DNA of 64,000 bases, taken from the NCBI RefSeq assembly GCF_963921235.1, contig NC_086101.1, forward strand, positions 67,890,001 through 67,954,000, given 5' to 3'. A program made the position numbers and the translations under genes. The stretch is from Mobula hypostoma (Eukaryota). Below the pieces are notes generated by a model, which saw only the letters and a program-made list of their open reading frames with translations, did not search any database and had not been told where the DNA came from. Of this stretch, positions 1-13,939 are shown piece after piece (within the stretch, counting starts at the first letter, position 1; every line of letters starts with the position of its first letter).

Positions 1-180
1 TCTGGATTAGATGTTATGTAATGGACCAGATTTGATTAGGCAGTTTAAGATAAAGGAACCCTTAGAAGGCAGTGATCACAAATGATAAAATTCACCCTGC
101 AGTTTGACGGAGCGGCTAAAATCAGATGTAACAGTATTACAAAAGAGGAGCTGGCTAAAATGGTTGGATGGGGTCACTAG

Positions 181-1114
181 TCATAGTCATAGTCATACTT
201 TATTGATCCCGGGGGAAATTAGTTTTCGTTACAGTTGCACCATAAATAATAAATAGTAATAGAACCATAAATAGTTAAATAGTAATATGTAAGTTATGCC
301 AGTAAATTATGAAATAAGTCCAGGACCAGCCTATTGGCTCAGGGTGTCTGACCCTCCAAGGGAGGAGTTGTAAAGTTTGATGGCCACAGGCAGGAATGAC
401 TTCCTATGATGCTCTGTGCTGCATCTCGGTGGAATGAGTCTCTGGCTGAATGTACTCCCGTGCCCACCCAGTACATTATGTAGTGGATGGGAGACATTGT
501 CCAAGATGGCATGCAACTTAGACAGCATCTTCTTTTCAGACATCACTGTCAGAGAGTCCGGTTTCATCCCCACAACATCACTGGCCTTACGAATGAGTGC
601 TACCCTCAGCCTGCTGCCCCAGCACACAACAGCAAACATGATAGCACTGGCCACCACAGACTCATAGAACATCCTCAACATCATCCGGCAGATGTTAAAG
701 GACCTCAGTCTCTTCAGGAAACAGAGGTGGCTCTGACCCTTCTTGTAGACAGCCTCAGTGTTCTTTGACCAGTCCAGTTTATTGTCAGTTCGTATCCCCA
801 GGTATTTGTAATCCTCCACCATGTCCACACTAACCCCCTAGATGGAAACAGGGGTCACCGGTACCTTAGCTCTCCTCAGGTCTACCACCAGCTCCTTAGT
901 CTTTTTCACATTAAGCCGCAGATAATTCTGCTCACACCATGTGACAAAGTTTCCCACCGTAGCCCTGTACTCAGCCTCATCTCCCTTGCTGATGCATCCA
1001 ACTATGGCAGAGTCATCAGAAGGCTTCTGAAGATGACAAGACTCCGTGCAGTAGTTGAAGTCCGAGGTGTAAATGGTGAAGAGAAAGGGAGACGAGACAG
1101 TCCCCTGTGGATCC
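181..1114 (-). mobile_element. 5'-truncated Rex1/Babar-type LINE inserted into CR1
   Basis: ORF 331-828 YKYLG..DNKLDWSKNT..KKGQS..FLKRLRSFN; (ACTATG)n tail at 181-198; TSD CACTAG at 175-180 and 1115-1120; the CR1 frame resumes after it. Confidence 0.88.
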
Positions 1115-2089
1115 CACTAGCAGCGATGACAACAGAACAGCAATGATTGGTGTTTCTAGGAGTAATTCGGAAGGTTCAAGGATAGCTTAAATTGGTGGGA
1201 AGTTAGAAGATTGAAATGCTTTTAAAAAACAAAAGAAGTGAACTAAAAAGCAATAAGGAGAGAAAAGATGAAATATAAATTTAAGGTATACAAAAGAGGA
1301 TACCTAATGCTTTTTCAGATATATAAACTGTAAAAGGGAAGTGGAAGTGGAAGTGGAAAATAATGCTAAGGAGGTAGCAATGGGGGAAAAGAAATGGCGG
1401 AAGATCTGAGTAATAAGTTTTCACTGTGGAAGGTACCAGCAGTATGCCAGAAATTGAAGAGTGGCGGGGACAAAAGTGAGAGTAGATGCTGTAACTAAGG
1501 AGAAGGTCCTTGGAAGTTGAAAGGTCTGAAGATAAATAAATCACCTGGACCAGATGGACTCCATCCCACAGCTCTGAAAGAAGTCACTGAGGAGATTGTG
1601 GAGGCATTATTTATGATCTTTCTAGAATCACTAGGTTTTGGAAGGGCTCCAGAGCACTGGAAAATTGCAAATGTCACTCCTGACTTTAGGAAGGGAAGGA
1701 GGAAAAAGAAAGTAAAGTATAGGCCAGTTAACCTGACCTCAGTATTTATTGGAGCCCATTATTAAGGTTGAGGGTTTGCAATACTTGGAAGAGCATGATA
1801 AAATAGGCCAAAGTCAGCATGGTTTCCTGAAGGGGAAATCTTGCTAACAAATCTGTTTGGAATTCTTTGAGGAAATAACAAGCAGCATAGACCAATGAGA
1901 GCTGATGGATATTGTTTGTAATAATTTTCAGAAGGCCTTTGACAAGGAGCCACACATAAGGAGGCTGAACATGGTAAGAGCCAATGGAAAGATGGGGAAA
2001 ATACTACAATAGATAGAAAATAGGTGAATTAGCAGGAGGCAAAGAATGGAAATAAAAGGGACCTTTTCTGGTTGGCGACTGGTGGCTAT

Positions 2090-2532
2090 TGGCACCCCCA
2101 CCACCCAGACCACACTCTCTTCTCACTGCTGCCATCAGAAAGGAGGTACACAAGCTTTAGTTCCTATACCACCAGTTTCAGGAACAGTTATTTCCCATCA
2201 ACCATCAGGCACTTGAACCAGAGGGGTAACTTCAATCAGCTTCACTCACCCCAACACTGAACTGATTCCACAACATATGGATTCATTTTCAAGGACTCTA
2301 CAACTCATGTTCTCAATATTTGTTGCTTATTTATTTGTTATTAGCATTTCAGGTATTTTTCTCATTTTGTATTTACAGAGTTTGTTGTCTTTTACACATT
2401 GATTGTTTATCTATCTTTGCTATGTGTGCTTTTTAATTGATTCCATTGTGTTTCTTAGTATTTACTATGAATGTCTGCATGTATATGGTGACATATATGC
2501 ATTTTGATAATAAATTTGCTTTGAACTTTGAA
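2090..2532 (+). mobile_element. Rex1/L2-like LINE 3' fragment inserted in CR1
   Basis: HPDHTLFSLLPSERRY..FRNSYFP C-terminal motif; AATAAA and (TTTGAAC)n-like tail; splits the CR1 GW..V-SGVP region. Confidence 0.8.
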
Positions 2533-4245
2533 ATAGTAGTGTTCCATAGGGATGGCTGGTGGGACTGCATCTTTTCACATTATATGTCAAGGATTTGGAT
2601 GACAGAATTAACACCTTTTTGGTTAAGTTTGCAGATGATACAAAGATAACTGGAGTGGCAGGAGGTGTTGAGGAAGCAGGGAGCCTTCAGAAGGACAGAC
2701 AGATTAGAAGACTGGGCACAAAGTGGCAGGTGGAATATTCTGTAGGGAATTGTATGGTCATATACTTTGGTAGAAGGAATAAAGGCATTTTCTGAATAGG
2801 GAGAAAACCTGCAATCGGAGAATCATCAGGATTTGGCAGTCTTTGTGCAGGATTCCCTGAAGGTTAACCTGCAGGTTGAGTTGGTGGTAAGGAAGCCAAA
2901 TCCAAGGTTAGCATTTATTTTGAGAGGATTAGAATATAAAAGAAAGAATGTAATGCTGAGACTTTATCAGCTTTGGTCAGACCGCACTTGGAAGATTGTA
3001 AGCAGTTTTTTTATCTGAGAAAAGATGTGCTGGTATTGGAGATGGTCCAGAGGAGGTTAATAAGAATGATTCCGGGAACGAAAAGGCTAACATATCAGGA
3101 GTGTGTGATGGATCTGGGCCTGTACTCACTAAATTTTAGAGGAATGTGGTTGGCGGCCGGGGGAGTGTGGGGGGGTGGGGGGTGGGGGGTGGGATCTCAT
3201 TAAAACTTATCGAAAATATATTGAAAAACCCAGATATAGTGGATTTGGAGAGGATGTTTTCAGAGGGCACAGCCTTATAATAGAGCAAGGGCTTCCAACT
3301 AATATATACTGTAATGTCCTAACATGTACATTTATGAGAGAACATCCATATCTGCTTTTTCTATGCTCGAAGATACTGTATTAAGCTGTTTAACAGGGCT
3401 GTAAAGCTGTCTCAGTTATGCTCATATACCAACAGCAAATGAATGTGAAAGTGTTAATATGAACCCCATTTCATATAATGCCATTATACCTACCAAGCCT
3501 CCTTGTCCCTGATTTTAATCTCTCCCGAAATAATGTTCAAATTCTATTACATTATGATCATTTTCCTCGTATTCCCCTTGACAACAGGATTAACAATTAA
3601 CATTCCTTGTTACACAGAACAAGATACAGGTTACTTTTCTTTTCCCCCAAATTGGATTTCTACTGATCTACAAAAACATCTTATGTAATTCCATGAATTC
3701 ATTCCGCTCTCCATCATGATCTGTAAAGCCAATATTGTACTTATGCTTGGTGAAATATCAAAGAACAAGAGAGGATCTCATAAGAAGTCATGAATCTCTA
3801 ACTTAGACAGCATAGATACTGCGAGGTTGTCCTCGATTGGTGCAAAATCCAGGATCATATTTTATAGTCTCAGAATACCAAGTTCATTATTTTGAACAGA
3901 AATCATGAAAATTGTCTTCACATACAGAATTTCCTACTGCAGAATACAATGGGGACTATCATTAAAATACTTTAAAATGAAGATAGTCATGAATGTGAAA
4001 TAGATTGAAGGATGTAGAACAGGGAGTACTTCAGTGAATGATCAGTGAAGATTGTATTGAATAGATCAAAAGATAGATTGGCCTATCCCGTTCCTTTTCT
4101 GTTTGCTTTGGTGGGCAGGATTTGCATCTATTTTGTCTATATGGCACATTAAAACTTTAATCATGTGAATCAGCTCTATATGAAGTATTCTCAGCATTTA
4201 GCATTAAAATCCATCATCGAGCAAAGTTGCTTCAGCTATGGTAAG

Positions 4246-4720
4246 TCAGATTCAGAATCAGGTTATTTATCACCGGCATGTGACATGAAATTTGTTAACT
4301 TAGCACCAGCAGTTCAATGCAATACATAATCTAGCAGGGAGAGAAAATAATAATAATAAATAAAGTAAAACATAATAATAAATAAACAAGTAAATCAATT
4401 ATGTGTATTGAATAGATCATTTTAAAAATGTGCAGAACAGAAATACTGTATACTAAAAAAGAGAGGTAGCGTCCAAAGCTTCAAAGTCCATTCAGGAATC
4501 GGATGGCAGAGGGGAAGAAGCTGTTCCTGAATCGCTGAGTGTGTGCCTTCAGGCTTCTGTATCTCCTACCTGATGGTAACAGTGAGAAATGGGCATGCCC
4601 TGGGTGTTGCAGGTCTTTAATAATGGACGCTGCCTTTCTGAGACACCGCTCCCTAAAGATGTCCTGGGTACTTTGTAGGCTAGTGCCCAAGATGGAGCTG
4701 ACTAGATTTACAACCTTCTG
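4246..4720 (-). mobile_element. Rex1/L2-like LINE 3' fragment
   Basis: ORF 4481-4690 CLRKAASIIKD..HPGH..FSLLPSGRRYRS..RFRNSFFP; short microsatellite tail at 4246-4260. Confidence 0.85.
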
Positions 4721-5197
4721 ATTATTACAAGATTATTCACTGAATGGGCTCAAAGCAAAGAATGATGATTTTGTTGATATTAAGTGAATTAAGTAATGCA
4801 GGGAGATACAAGAAAATTCCATGGAAAGGAAAGATCAACCATGATCTTATTTAATGACAAAGCAGAACAAGAAGCCAAAAGACCAAATGACATACTCTTG
4901 CTTCTATTTCTTCTGTCTCTGGGAAAGGATGTCAATAATTCCAATGGCAGATTGCTAGAACAGTGTGAAATTCGTATCTCTCCTGCAAAAAGTCATATGA
5001 AATATCAAAGTGTACCTGTTTGAATCTGACAGCTGAAATTGGACTTTCCTCCACAACTCTAATATTCAGAGTATCTTCCGACATGCTTGTTGGGAGGTGA
5101 GATGTTAGCCAGAAGAAGGTCCAAGACTGTTACACTTGAGCTGCACAATTACAGCTGGAAAGATGTGGAAGATCACACACAGAAGCTCTCTTGCTCA

Positions 5198-5330
5198 CAG
5201 GGTGTCAAAGGTTATGGGGAGAAGCATGTAAGTAGGATTGAGAAGGATAATAAATCAGCCCTGACAGAATGGCAGAACAGACTCAATGGGCCAAATGACC
5301 AAACTCTACTCCTATGGCCTGGTATATCCC
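5198..5330 (+). mobile_element. CR1 3' UTR fragment
   Basis: GGTTATGGGGAGAAG...GAATGGCAGAACAGACTCAATGGGCCAAATG matches the CR1 3' ends at ~27210-27320 and ~59010-59120. Confidence 0.7.
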
Positions 5331-7189
5331 AAATGTCATGATGTTCTTGGGTATCCATAGGCTTCTCATTGTGTTCCTTAGTCTCAACTGGTAATACTAA
5401 TTTCTGCATCAGAATTTTTTGGTTTCCAATTCTCATTCCAAAGGCATGCATAAAACCTTATCTGGTACTTTAACATAGTATTGCCAGAGTGCTGCTCTGT
5501 CTATTGTTCCAGCACCAGTTCAAAGAAGAGAGCAGAAATTACCCTTTCACCACTGCAGGAAGATAATGGCAATTGGCTCCCATTGCAACACTCACCCATT
5601 TTGATTCATCTCAGTACTGACAGATTCCAGTGCACCCTTGCATTTAGTGCCTTTCAGCTCACCTCTCACCCTCATTTATAAGTATTTCAGGGACATGTAA
5701 CGATTGGGTTGACTGGTCATATTTTTTGGTTGCCATGGTTGCTCTGAGTGCTTTGCTTTTTAAAAGTATACTTTTTAATGTTTTTCTTTCATCCATTTAA
5801 TCAAACAATTATTCCTAGAGCATATCCTTTCTTTTTAACTGTGATCTATGCATATAAATTGCAGATTGTAAGGTGAGAAATTTGTAGGAACAATTCCGGT
5901 ATGAAACAGTAATGGCTGTCAACTGAAATTTGGCTTCAGTTGACATGTTCTCAAATTAAGTTCTTTAGTTTGCATTGATTTTTCTAATATGAAACAAATG
6001 ATTTGTTCTGGAATACTTGCTTACTGATGCCTTCTGCAAAATGGACCCATTGATTTCCTATTAAAGTAGTGGGGATGTGTTCTAAATTTGATTTAAATAT
6101 CCAATGCTTGTTGTATTGGTGGTCATTAGACATTTGTGCTTTCAAGCCATTATATTGCTCTACTTCTTGCTTCTGCATCAATGTATTCATATCAATCTTG
6201 TGCAATTAGAACCAATTTCTTCCTTGTTTTCAGCACATTCTTTGATAAATAAATCAAAATCTAAGATGAAAATAACATCAAACGTGACTTTTTTCAATAC
6301 CTTTAACAAAATACTTTCCTTTTCTGAAGTTGTAGTTGGCTGCAAAAAGAATTACCTTCAGATATTATCCAATATAAGATGTAAGCTATATTTTGATTAA
6401 ATTAACAAGTTGCTATTTTGTCGTAATCTGGTTTTTGCATCTGCACAACCTTAAAAAGAATCCTTTGAAGGAGAAGAATTTCTTCTTTATAACCATAACA
6501 AATGCATCTGGCATAAGAGAAAATGAAAACGAAGCAATCCGTTTTCTGATGGCTTTGGTTATAAGTCAGTCTAGTATTGATGAGTGGAAAACCAGCCAAT
6601 GAATGCCATGATTAGAACCCACCAAACTCAAGCATGAATGAGAATGAAATAATTCTAATTAATATTTTTATTATATTAATTTTTTCTCTTATACCAAACC
6701 TAAAATAGAGTCACTAACAATTGGCATTCAGAGAATTAGAGTAGTCGTAATAAAGAATTTCTATTTGAAAAGTAGTACATTTTACATATTCTTTTTGATG
6801 TGTTTTTCAAAGATCTCATAACTTTTGACATGACATCCTTATTAGAAGTTTGTTTAAAAGCATATCCTCTTTTAAGCTGCCCGGTTGTTAATTGACAATA
6901 GGTGAAAAAGGGCAAAATTAGGGCTTAATGAGCTATGATAAAAGAATATAATTAAAAATTTAATATTAAGAAATATATCTCCTTTCTTAAAAATAGGAAA
7001 ATAAACATCCAGATTTAATTATTGTGACACAGAATGCAAAATACTTTTTATACTATGCAAGAGTGTATTTCTATAAGATCAACCATAGCAACACAACTTG
7101 AAAGTTAATGAATAAAACAAAGCAAAAGAAGAAGACATGGTTGACACAAGCAACCCCAGCTTTACTAATTGTATTTAGTAGGACATTTT

Positions 7190-10100
7190 TAGCCTCCCGT
7201 TATGCTGTTCCTTATCGTGGTGGGGAGGTCTGTGTGCCTTAATGATCCTGGGAGCTATACCAGCTGGGACTTGAGTCCCTGGTAGGTTCAAACTTGCTGG
7301 GCAGTTCCAGGTGAAGGGCCAGATGAATACAGCACCTGGTCCTCCAGGTTGTGGGTTGGGCGTAGGGCCAGCAATCCTACCCTGTAAAATCTTTGCCACT
7401 ACAGAAACCGAAACAAGGAAATTTGTTGATGCCGGTGAGAGGAGTGATGCAGAACTGGGAACAGAAATTATGATGGACGGAGGTCAAAACCACCAGGACA
7501 TTTCCGGACTAAGAGCTTAATAGTTTCACCCAAAGAAACTATCCATATTGGATGCTGGAATGTTCGAATTTTACATCAAACTGGAAAGCTTGCACAGACT
7601 ATCAAAGAGATGCATAACTACCAAATACAGCTGCTTAGAAACAAGAAACACATTGGACAGATTCTGGAAAGCGACCCCTAGCGTCTGGCGATACAATCAT
7701 TTGGTCAGGTCGCAAGGACAACCACCATTTACAAGGTGTGGCACTCATCATGGTTAAGGATGCCTCGAGGGCCTTATTAGAATGGAACCCCATCTATGAA
7801 AGACTCCTGTATGTTTGTTTAAACTCTAAGTTCGCTAAACTGTCCATAATTGTGGTATATGCATCTACTGAGGATGTGGAACAAGAAACTAAAGATGAGT
7901 TTTATAACAACCTTCAAGCTGCCGTGGAAAAGATCCAAAACACAATGTGCTCATTATAATGGGGGATCTTAATGCAAGAGTTGGCAGTGAAAACAGCAAT
8001 TGCGAAAGTACATGGTGATGAAGTCACAAATGACAATGGTGAAAAGCTTTGTGACTTTTGTGAAATGAACCATCTTACAGTAGGAGGCACCATTTTCCAG
8101 CATAGAGATATCCATAAACTTATGTGAAAATTCTCAGATGGAAAACAGAGAGTCAGATTGACCATATCATTATCAACAACAAATGGAAGAGATCACTCAA
8201 CGATGTTCAGGTAAAAAGGCTAGCAGATGATAGCAGCGATCACCATCTCCTTGCAGCAAAAGTGAAACTAAAATTGAGGAAAATGAGAATGGGCTTAGGC
8301 AGAGGCTGACGCTTTGATTCCAGCAAACTTCAAAACTTTGAGATACAGAGAAAAATTACGCTCAAACTTACAAACAGATTTAGCATACTTGGCAAAGATA
8401 CTGACATGACAATCCTCGACTTTAATAATGTGATGAAGGAGACTAGTAAAGAGATCCTGGGATACCAAAAGAAATGGAAAGAAGAATGGATTAGTGAGAC
8501 AACCTGGATGAAAGTAATGAAAAGGAAAGAAACCAAGAAAAGAATGTTGAGTACAACTTCCCGTCGCCTGAAGGAAAGACTTGCTGAATATGCCGAGAAT
8601 GACAAGGATGTTAAACGAAGCTGCAGAAAGGACAAGCGACAGTATTTTGAGACATTTGCCTCAAAAGCTGAAGAAGCTGCAAAAAATATGGATAGGAGAA
8701 CATTATACAAAATAACCAAGTGCATGAAGGGGAGCTATGGAAATAAGCATGATATCACTATAAAAGCAAAGGATGGCAATATTATCGAAAGCGAGAAAGG
8801 AATAACCACCAGATGGAAAGAACATTTTAAAGCAGTTTTGAATAGACCAACACCTCGAGAAACCCTTGAGATTTGTGAGAGTAATGAAGACCTTGATATC
8901 TCCACAGAACCACCTACAGTTGAAGAAGTCCAGCAACTATCAAGAAAATGAAGTCAGTAAAGGCACCCAGAGAAGATGAGATAAGTGCAAAAATGCTTAA
9001 GGGAGGTGGCAGAGAAATGTGCCGTGTGCTGTGTCAAATCTTTAACACCATCTGGAAAAGTGAAGAAGTGCCGGAGGAGTGCAAAACTGGACTTACTGTA
9101 AAACTGCCAACGAAAGGGGATTTAAGTATATTCGACAACTGGAGAGGTGTTATACTCCTCTCAATTACAAGCAAAGTTTTCAGTCTTATCTTGTTAAATC
9201 GGCTCTCAGAGGTTGTGGAAGATATCATCTGGAAAGAACAAGCTGGCCTTAGAAAAGATCGATCTTGCATAGGCCATATATTCGTACTAAGACAAATTCT
9301 CGAACAATCTGCAGAGTGGAACAACAATCTTTATGTACTATTTGTGGACTTCAAAAAAACATTTGACAGTATCCACCAAGAAACACTCTGGAAAATTTTA
9401 AGAAGATACAGATTTCCCCAAAAATTTGTAAACATTATCCAAATGATGTACAGTGACTTTCAGTGCAAGGTGATTTGTGGAAAGCAACTGACAGAAAGCT
9501 TCAGGGTATGCACAGGAGTTAAACAGGGATGTATACTATCACCTTTTTTCTTCTTTTTAGCAATGGATTGGCTTATAAGGGAAACAATCACTGAAAAGAA
9601 ATGGGGTATTCAATGGACACTTACCTCAACACTTGAAGATCTAGTTTTTGCTGACGATATCATTCTGCTAGCGAGTCGTCATTGTGACATTCAGGAGAAA
9701 TCAGACAGACTTACATCATATGCATCACAACTTGGGATGAACATTCAAGTGAGAAAAACAAAGATCATGAAGATGAACGCTTCCAACCTCCAACCAGTAA
9801 TCATAAATAATCAGCAAGTGGAAGAGGTAGATGAGTTCACGTACCTTGGGAGTAAAGTCAGCACTGATGGAGATAATGGTAAGGACGTATTAGCAAGACT
9901 CTCTAAAGCAAATCAAGCTTTTGGCAGCTTCAATGCAGTTTGGAAATCCACACAACTCAAACTTAACACCAAAATCAGATTTTTTAAAAGCAATGTCCTA
10001 AGCATGCTACTTTATGAAAGTGGATGTTGGGAGATGATGAAAGACATCTGAAAGAGACTTGACACATTCCAGACAAAATGTCTAAGATGTATCAAGAAGA

Positions 10101-10436
10101 TCTTCTGGCCTGAGAAAATCAGAAACCAAGACTTGCTTACATCTTGCAATATGAAATCAATCTCAGTTTGTGTGAAAAAAGACGATGAAGATGGCTGGGA
10201 CATGTAATGAGAATGCCAAATGATCAACTAGCAAAAGTAGCACTACGGTGGACCCCACAGGGAAACGAAGTAGAGGCAGGCCCAAAATGACATGGCGAAG
10301 ATCTGTGGAAGCAGAACTGAAAGAAATAGGTATGAATTGGGTAACGGCGAGCAGCAGAGCAAAAGACTGGCAGAAATGGAAGATCCTTGTGGAGGCCCCA
10401 TGTGCTACTTAGGCACTAAAGGTTCAGACGATGACG
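7190..10436 (+). mobile_element. Full-length decayed RTE-clade LINE (Expander/Rex3/BovB-like)
   Basis: RTE-type 5' leader; APE motifs IGCWNVR (~7547), SQIDHI, SDHHL; RT ORF 8948-10051 with FADD; C-terminal RW.GHV.RM; (GAT/GAC)n tail; TSD AGGACATTTT at 7180-7189 and 10437-10446. Confidence 0.93.
8948..10051 (+). pseudogene. RTE reverse transcriptase, largest remaining open segment
   Basis: NWRGVILLS, FVDFKKTFDSI, GVKQGCILSP, FADD, EFTYLGS; frameshift upstream and premature stop downstream. Confidence 0.9.
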
Positions 10437-10689
10437 AGGACATTTTAGAGGACACGCAAAAGCCAACATTAGTACTGTAGTTCTAAAGTCTCAAATAGGT
10501 TAGATCCAACAAGAATAATGGATTATCACTAAAAGACAAATTTAGATCAGGTGGAATTCAGACAATTCTCATTTTATACTCAGTCCCTCAAAACAAGATG
10601 TTCACAACATAACAATTAATTATTTTCAATAGCAAACTTCATTTATTGACCCTCACTTTTTCAGTGCCTGAACTGTATTTAGTGAAGAT

Positions 10690-10880
10690 ATACCCAGAAA
10701 TACCCAGTCAGAGTATAAGGTGTTGCTCCTTCAAGCTGAGTTGCCCTCATTGTGGCAGTAGAGCGAGCCATTGAATGACATGTCTGAATGGAAATGGGAA
10801 GTAGAATTGAAATGGGTGGCCACCGGGAGATCCGGATTTCTGTGGTGGATGGAGCAAAGGTGCTGGACAAAATTGTCTCC
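10690..10880 (-). mobile_element. Penelope-like element fragment (GIY-YIG C-terminus)
   Basis: Minus translation PDLPVATHFNSTSH.HSDMS...YC followed by an EEQHLI-like segment, typical of the PLE endonuclease end. Confidence 0.7.
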
Positions 10881-11780
10881 CAATCCACATTGGGTCTCAT
10901 CGATCCGAAACTGGCTGGACAATAGCAAGCAGAAGGTAATGGTAGGTGCTTTCTGACTGGAAATATGTAACAGGTGGCGTACCACAGGTATCAACAAATT
11001 GACCTTTGTTATTTGTAATATAAATAAATGACTTGGATGAGAACTTAAGTTGCCTGATCAGCACACTTGCAGTCAACATGACAATTGGTGGAGTTGTAGA
11101 TAGCAAAGAAAGTTGTTTAAAGATTCACTGGTACATAAATCAGCTGGGAAGTTGGACAGAGTGATAAAAGATGGAATTTAATTCAGAGAACTGTGAGGTA
11201 ATGCATTGTAGGAATTTAAATATGTGCAGGACATACAGAGTAAATGGTAGAGACCAAGGAGCATTGATACATAGAGCAACGTTGGGATACAATTCCACAG
11301 CTTGCTGAAAGTAGCAAAGCAGTTGAATAGGGTAGTGAAAAAGCCTGCTGTCATAGACTACAATACTGAGTATAAGAGTTGGGATGTTGTGTCGTGGTTG
11401 TACAAAACATTGTTGAGACCACAATTAGAGTATTGTGTGTTGTTCTGGTCACAGTAATAATACAGGAATGATATGGCAGCAGAGAGAGTGTGCAGAAGAG
11501 ATTCACAAGGATGTTGTCTGGAATGAAGGGTTTTAATTACAAAAAAATTGGATAGGTTAGATTTATTCTCACTGAAATGTAGGAAGTGAGTAATGACCTT
11601 ACAGAGATTTATAGAATTATGAGGGGCATGGATGGGATGGATAGTCCGAATCTTTTTCCCAGGTTAGGGAATTTTCTAAACTAAAGTGCTCATGATTAAG
11701 ATGAGATAATGGATATTTAAAGGAGATCTGAGGGAATCTTTTTTTCCCTGTAGATGGTAGTGAATATTTGGATATAATGG
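10880..11780 (+). mobile_element. Old CR1 LINE 3' portion
   Basis: IRNWL..KQKVMV, VTGGVPQ, LYKTLLRPQLEYCV, VQKRFTRML remnants. Confidence 0.8.
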
Positions 11781-12645
11781 ATTCCTGTCTAGCTCCAGTT
11801 CTGCTTTGTCCCCATACTTATGAATATCTATGAACCACTGACTTCAATTCCCCTTTTAAGGAGCAGAGCGATGATGGGAGGTGGACAATACAAATACCAA
11901 TAAGTTATATGGATGATCCGTCTATAGATTGTCTATTATTATGGGGCTTAAAGGAATTGAAAACAAACTAGTTTGGTAGCACTGTAGCTTGTGAACAATC
12001 ATTGACATAGCTCACCATTAATTTTGTTAGGACCATATTCTAGCTCTCTTGGAAAACATCTTTCAAAGAATCCAAGTTTTTACAACTTCACGTCATTATG
12101 AATAACTTCCAAAATTCATTTTGTTGTTTTATTTTACAACAGAAGAAAGACATTGATAAAATATTAGAATTTGAAATCCATGAATAAATAAAATCACAAA
12201 GTATGCTTCATCTTATTCCCTTGATTATCAATTGGATTTGTCTTCCTTCTTGGCTGAAAATGAAAGATTTAATCAAAAAAGGAGTCAAGTTTCAATTGTT
12301 TACTATCTCCACTTTACCATTTCCTTCTGTTATCCATGAAGCTGAGGCAAACTTTAAGAGGTACATTTTCTGTACGTAATTTGGGTTCTTTCCTCTCCTT
12401 GATGCCACATGCATTAAATGCTACTGACTCTAGGAAATGTGACTTTGACTTTGCTCTCCCATCAGTTTCATTCCATTAGTGATTTCCCTGTACCCCATCG
12501 TCTTTCACATGCTGATCAATTTCACTCCGATTTTCCTGGCACCAATGTACACTTGTCAAGTAACTTATTTTCAAGATGGGCAGAGAAACTGGAGTACCCA
12601 ACTGAACCCTGAAATTTCTCAGGCAGAACGTAGAAACTCCACTGA

Positions 12646-13273
12646 GATTAGATTAGATTAGATTAGATTATGAGGGCACGCAGTCCTCTTTTATTGTCAT
12701 TTAGTAATGCATGCATTAAAAAATGATACAATATTCCTCTGGTGTGATATCACAGAAACACAGGACAGACTAAGATTGAAAAACTGACAAAAACCACATA
12801 GTTACAACAGTGCAAACAATACCGTAACTTGATGAAGAACAGGCCATGAGCATGGTAAAAAAGTTCAAAGTCTCTCGAAAGTCCCACATCTTACACAGAC
12901 AGGAGAAGGAAGAAAATTCTCCTTGCCATACCCGACCACAGTCTGACTCTAAGTTGTCCGAAAACTTCAAGCTCCGACTAGTCCTCCAACACCGAGCACC
13001 AAGCATTGTTTCTGGCGAGCGCTTCGACCCCAGCCCCAGCCGCCAGCAGTAGGCAAAACCAAGGATTTTGAGGCCTTCCCTCCGGAGATTCTCAATCGCA
13101 CAGTAGCAGCAGCAGCGAACCAGGCATTTCAGAAGTTACTCCAGATGTTCCTCCATGCTCTCATGGCTGTCTCCATCAAATCAGAATTGTGCACGGTACC
13201 CTATATAACAAATAGGATATCATTTCACCGGAGAGGCTACGCATGCTGCATCACGCCGCCATCATCTCCTCCC
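12646..13273 (-). mobile_element. Non-coding LINE-mobilised element (SINE-like), copy 1
   Basis: (TCTAA)n tail at 12646-12670; ~600 bp body closely similar to 23876-24465; 5' end GGGAGGAGATGATGGCGGCG; no RT homology seen. Confidence 0.75.
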
Positions 13274-13939
13274 GCCCAATGGCCAGGATCAGGATCAAAC
13301 TCATCCCGTTGAAGGTGTGCAGTAGTGATAACTGCTGTGCCATCAAACCACCTCAATGCTTCACAATCACAACAATTGTTACAATCAACCTCAATTGTTA
13401 CAATCACAACATCCTTAGCTTTTATGCAACAGCATTGTTTCAGTCAGCCAACGAAGACAGCAGTAGTGACTGCCAATTCATCCAAGCATTGAGGCATTAT
13501 CTATATCATGAACAAATTGTTTGTTGGCACAAGCAATTTTGCCTCCTTCCTCTTGGTTAAGCAGTAATGACATGACGATTACATCTCATGCAACATAATT
13601 TGCACTCCAGGTCAATGTCATTATTTGCTTTAATAGGAGTGTTTTGCATTCTTTCAATCACTAGCTGAATTGTTCCAGTCATCAATGAATAGTTGGAGTT
13701 AATAGTTTCCTGACAAATCCACAATGCACTGGCCTTAAACTTTACTGACTCCAAAAATTTCCAAAGAACCCAACGGGGAAAGGAATAAGAGCCACCTGAT
13801 CTGTTCTTCATATCCATATTCCACCTGAAAGATACTCAAATAAATGGATTGGTTGGCAGACAATATGGAATATCAGCTCCACCAAGGGATGCTTCAGCTG
13901 AAATCAATCAATAGCACGGAGGAAAATATCAGTAATTAT

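Larger units (their letters stand above)
1..3290 (+). mobile_element. Old CR1 LINE (decayed ORF2), interrupted by two insertions
   Basis: Fragmented CR1 ORF2 motifs: GSDH (~68), KSPGPDGLHP..LKE..EEI..WKIANVTP (1517-1765), KFADDTK (2559-2795), RPHLE (2973-); many stops and frameshifts. Confidence 0.9.

Noticed and set aside
5880-6700. Cluster of short ORFs in unique AT-rich DNA as a host exon
   Set aside because: No recognisable domain or consistent splice and frame pattern.
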